From Polyangia bacterium (lineage in GTDB: Bacteria > Myxococcota_A > Polyangia > Palsa-1104 > JAEUJZ01): DNA of 14,724 bases. Below are positions 13,522-14,724 of this stretch, piece after piece. Position 1 is the stretch's first letter; every line of letters starts with the position of its first letter. Below the pieces are notes generated by a model. That model saw only the letters and a list, made by a program, of their open reading frames with translations, did not search any database and had not been told where the DNA came from. The translations under genes were made by a program, and so were the position numbers. The stretch covers positions 1-14,724 of the forward strand of contig JBGAUT010000014.1 of NCBI GenBank assembly GCA_044228505.1. The letters run 5' to 3'.

Positions 13522-14724
13522 TTACATCTCCAGCGGCAGAAACCGAGCAGGACCGAAGACCTCGGCCCGCAGCTTCTTGAGCTGCTCGGCGACTTCCCAA
13601 GCATCCTGGGCTCGCTGCCGAGGACTATCGCGGATGAGGAACTGTAGGAATCGGGTAAATCGCTCATCGACCTGAGTCGGCACCGTTCCTTGTCGCACGT
13701 CGCCACCCAGCAGAAAGATCATCGTCTTGCCGAGAGAATACAGGTCGGACGCTGGCAGCGGCGGTTTGCGCGCCATCACCTCGGGAGGACTAAAGTCGGG
13801 ATTGTGCGCTCGAAAGCCCTGCCCGGTCTTTTCAGGTGCCACCACCGCATAGGTCCAGTCGATCACAAACACGTTGTGGTCTTCCGGACGCACCAGAATG
13901 TGGGCGGGCTCGACGTTGCCGTGAATGATGCCCTGCTGATGGGCAAAGCCCAGCGCGGACAGCGAGCGCGCCAAAATCCAGGCGACATGCTCGGCGTTGA
14001 GTCCATCCGGATAGCGATCCCGCACCATGTCTAGATCGTAGCCATCCAGATAGGCAAAGATGCTCCCCGCCTGTCCCGATGGTGCCATGAACTGATCGAT
14101 CAGCTGCGGCAAGTGTTTGCGCTGGGCACCCTCTTGGGATTGCAGCGTCCGCACGATCCGCGCCTCTTCCATCAGCAGGTCGCTGTCTTCCCGCTGCATC
14201 GCGATCTTGACCGTCACATCTTGCCCAGCCCTCGCACCCGATTGACACGATCCGCGATAGAGCATCGCCAGATCCCCTTGGGCCAAGATCCTCGTCACTC
14301 GATAACTGCCGCTCGGGGCGTTGACGGTAAAATCCACCTCTGAGTTTGGCGATGGTGTCGGGACACTGCGCAGCCGAGGAGGCGGCGGACGGACAGACGG
14401 AGTCTCTACATCGGACCCAGCGGCTTGGACGTCCGTCTCGACCGGAGGACGCGCACTCTCTAGCTCACGCACCGCTCGCTGATGCCATTCGTACAGCTTG
14501 CTTAGCAAATGACGGGCACTGTTCTGCGCGAGGCTGTTGCCGCCAAAGCGCTCGGGCCGCAGACGACGAACCAAAACCACATACTCTTCTTCGAGGAGCA
14601 CCAGCCGTTCATCGACACTGAGGTCTTGCAGTGCCATCGCTGGAAACACCTCCTGCGTCGAACGAGCCCCCGCCACGAGCGACTGAACCTCTGCCAGATC
14701 ATCGTGCAGCACGAACCATCCCCC
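13522..14724 (-). CDS. Ser/Thr-protein-kinase-like protein, probably 5'-truncated by the window end. Its catalytic motifs are degenerate, so it is a predicted pseudokinase or atypical kinase.
   Basis: Kinase subdomain landmarks are VTVKIA (VAIK Lys), LLMEEARIV (alphaC Glu), IIHGNVEPAHILV (catalytic loop, with HRD changed to HGN and Lys changed to Glu), VIDWTY (DFG changed to DWT, Asp kept), SPPEV (APE-like) and SDLYSLGK. The Gly-rich loop is degenerate (ILAQGDLAMLY). The frame is open from the GTG at 14712 to the window end, so the N-terminus may extend beyond 14724. Confidence 0.65.
   Translation of the reverse strand, partial: GGWFVLHDDLAEVQSLVAGARSTQEVFPAMALQDLSVDERLVLLEEEYVVLVRRLRPERFGGNSLAQNSARHLLSKLYEWHQRAVRELESARPPVETDVQAAGSDVETPSVRPPPPRLRSVPTPSPNSEVDFTVNAPSGSYRVTRILAQGDLAMLYRGSCQSGARAGQDVTVKIAMQREDSDLLMEEARIVRTLQSQEGAQRKHLPQLIDQFMAPSGQAGSIFAYLDGYDLDMVRDRYPDGLNAEHVAWILARSLSALGFAHQQGIIHGNVEPAHILVRPEDHNVFVIDWTYAVVAPEKTGQGFRAHNPDFSPPEVMARKPPLPASDLYSLGKTMIFLLGGDVRQGTVPTQVDERFTRFLQFLIRDSPRQRAQDAWEVAEQLKKLRAEVFGPARFLPLEM

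Noticed and set aside
1-14724. CRISPR arrays, rRNA genes, and IS elements with terminal inverted repeats.
   Set aside because: I saw no regularly spaced direct repeats, no rRNA-like conserved stretches and no transposase-like ORF. The only mobile-element hallmark is the tyrosine integrase.

Overview
This is a GC-rich bacterial segment whose composition looks mosaic, judged by eye. Almost all convincing genes lie on the minus strand. From left to right the window contains the following.

- A 3'-truncated hypothetical protein gene at 1..1087 (-).
- A divergent intergenic region at 1088..1416.
- A Cys-rich secreted protein gene at 1417..2100 (+).
- A lower-GC stretch from about 2270 to 3230, carrying a small 4-TM membrane protein gene.
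- A co-directional minus-strand block, read 5'->3' on that strand:
  - MFS-type transporter (10960..12234)
  - NRPS-like A-T-X protein (8353..10821)
  - paralogous NRPS-like A-T-X protein (5732..8197)
  - SET-domain protein (5292..5702)
  - SET-domain protein with post-SET Cys cluster (4770..5279)
  - 77-aa ORF (4469..4702)
  - tyrosine integrase (3228..4337)
- To the right, a lipoprotein with a PLC-like HNSYH motif at 12403..13461 and a 5'-truncated Ser/Thr-kinase-like gene with a degenerate catalytic loop at 13522..14724.

In both NRPS-like proteins, X is a roughly 210-aa C-terminal domain whose motif pattern resembles a GNAT acyltransferase fold. The overall architecture is reminiscent of Ebony-type aminoacyl-amine synthases.

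The most interesting reading is that 4469..12237 is an integrase-linked, probably horizontally acquired cassette. It would encode an undescribed small-molecule pathway in three steps: carrier-protein-tethered amino acid, then GNAT-like transfer to an amine, then SET-type N-methylation, with export by the MFS protein. That reading is inference only.

Other observations are a near-identical 18-bp direct-repeat motif (GTGGTCC-TTTK-GTGGTCC) at the 5' ends of two unrelated genes, a perfect 16-bp palindrome upstream of the integrase, an AT-rich 155-bp spacer between the two NRPS-like paralogs, and a G8 tract inside one of them. I saw no rRNA, tRNA or CRISPR array. No att repeats could be identified by eye.
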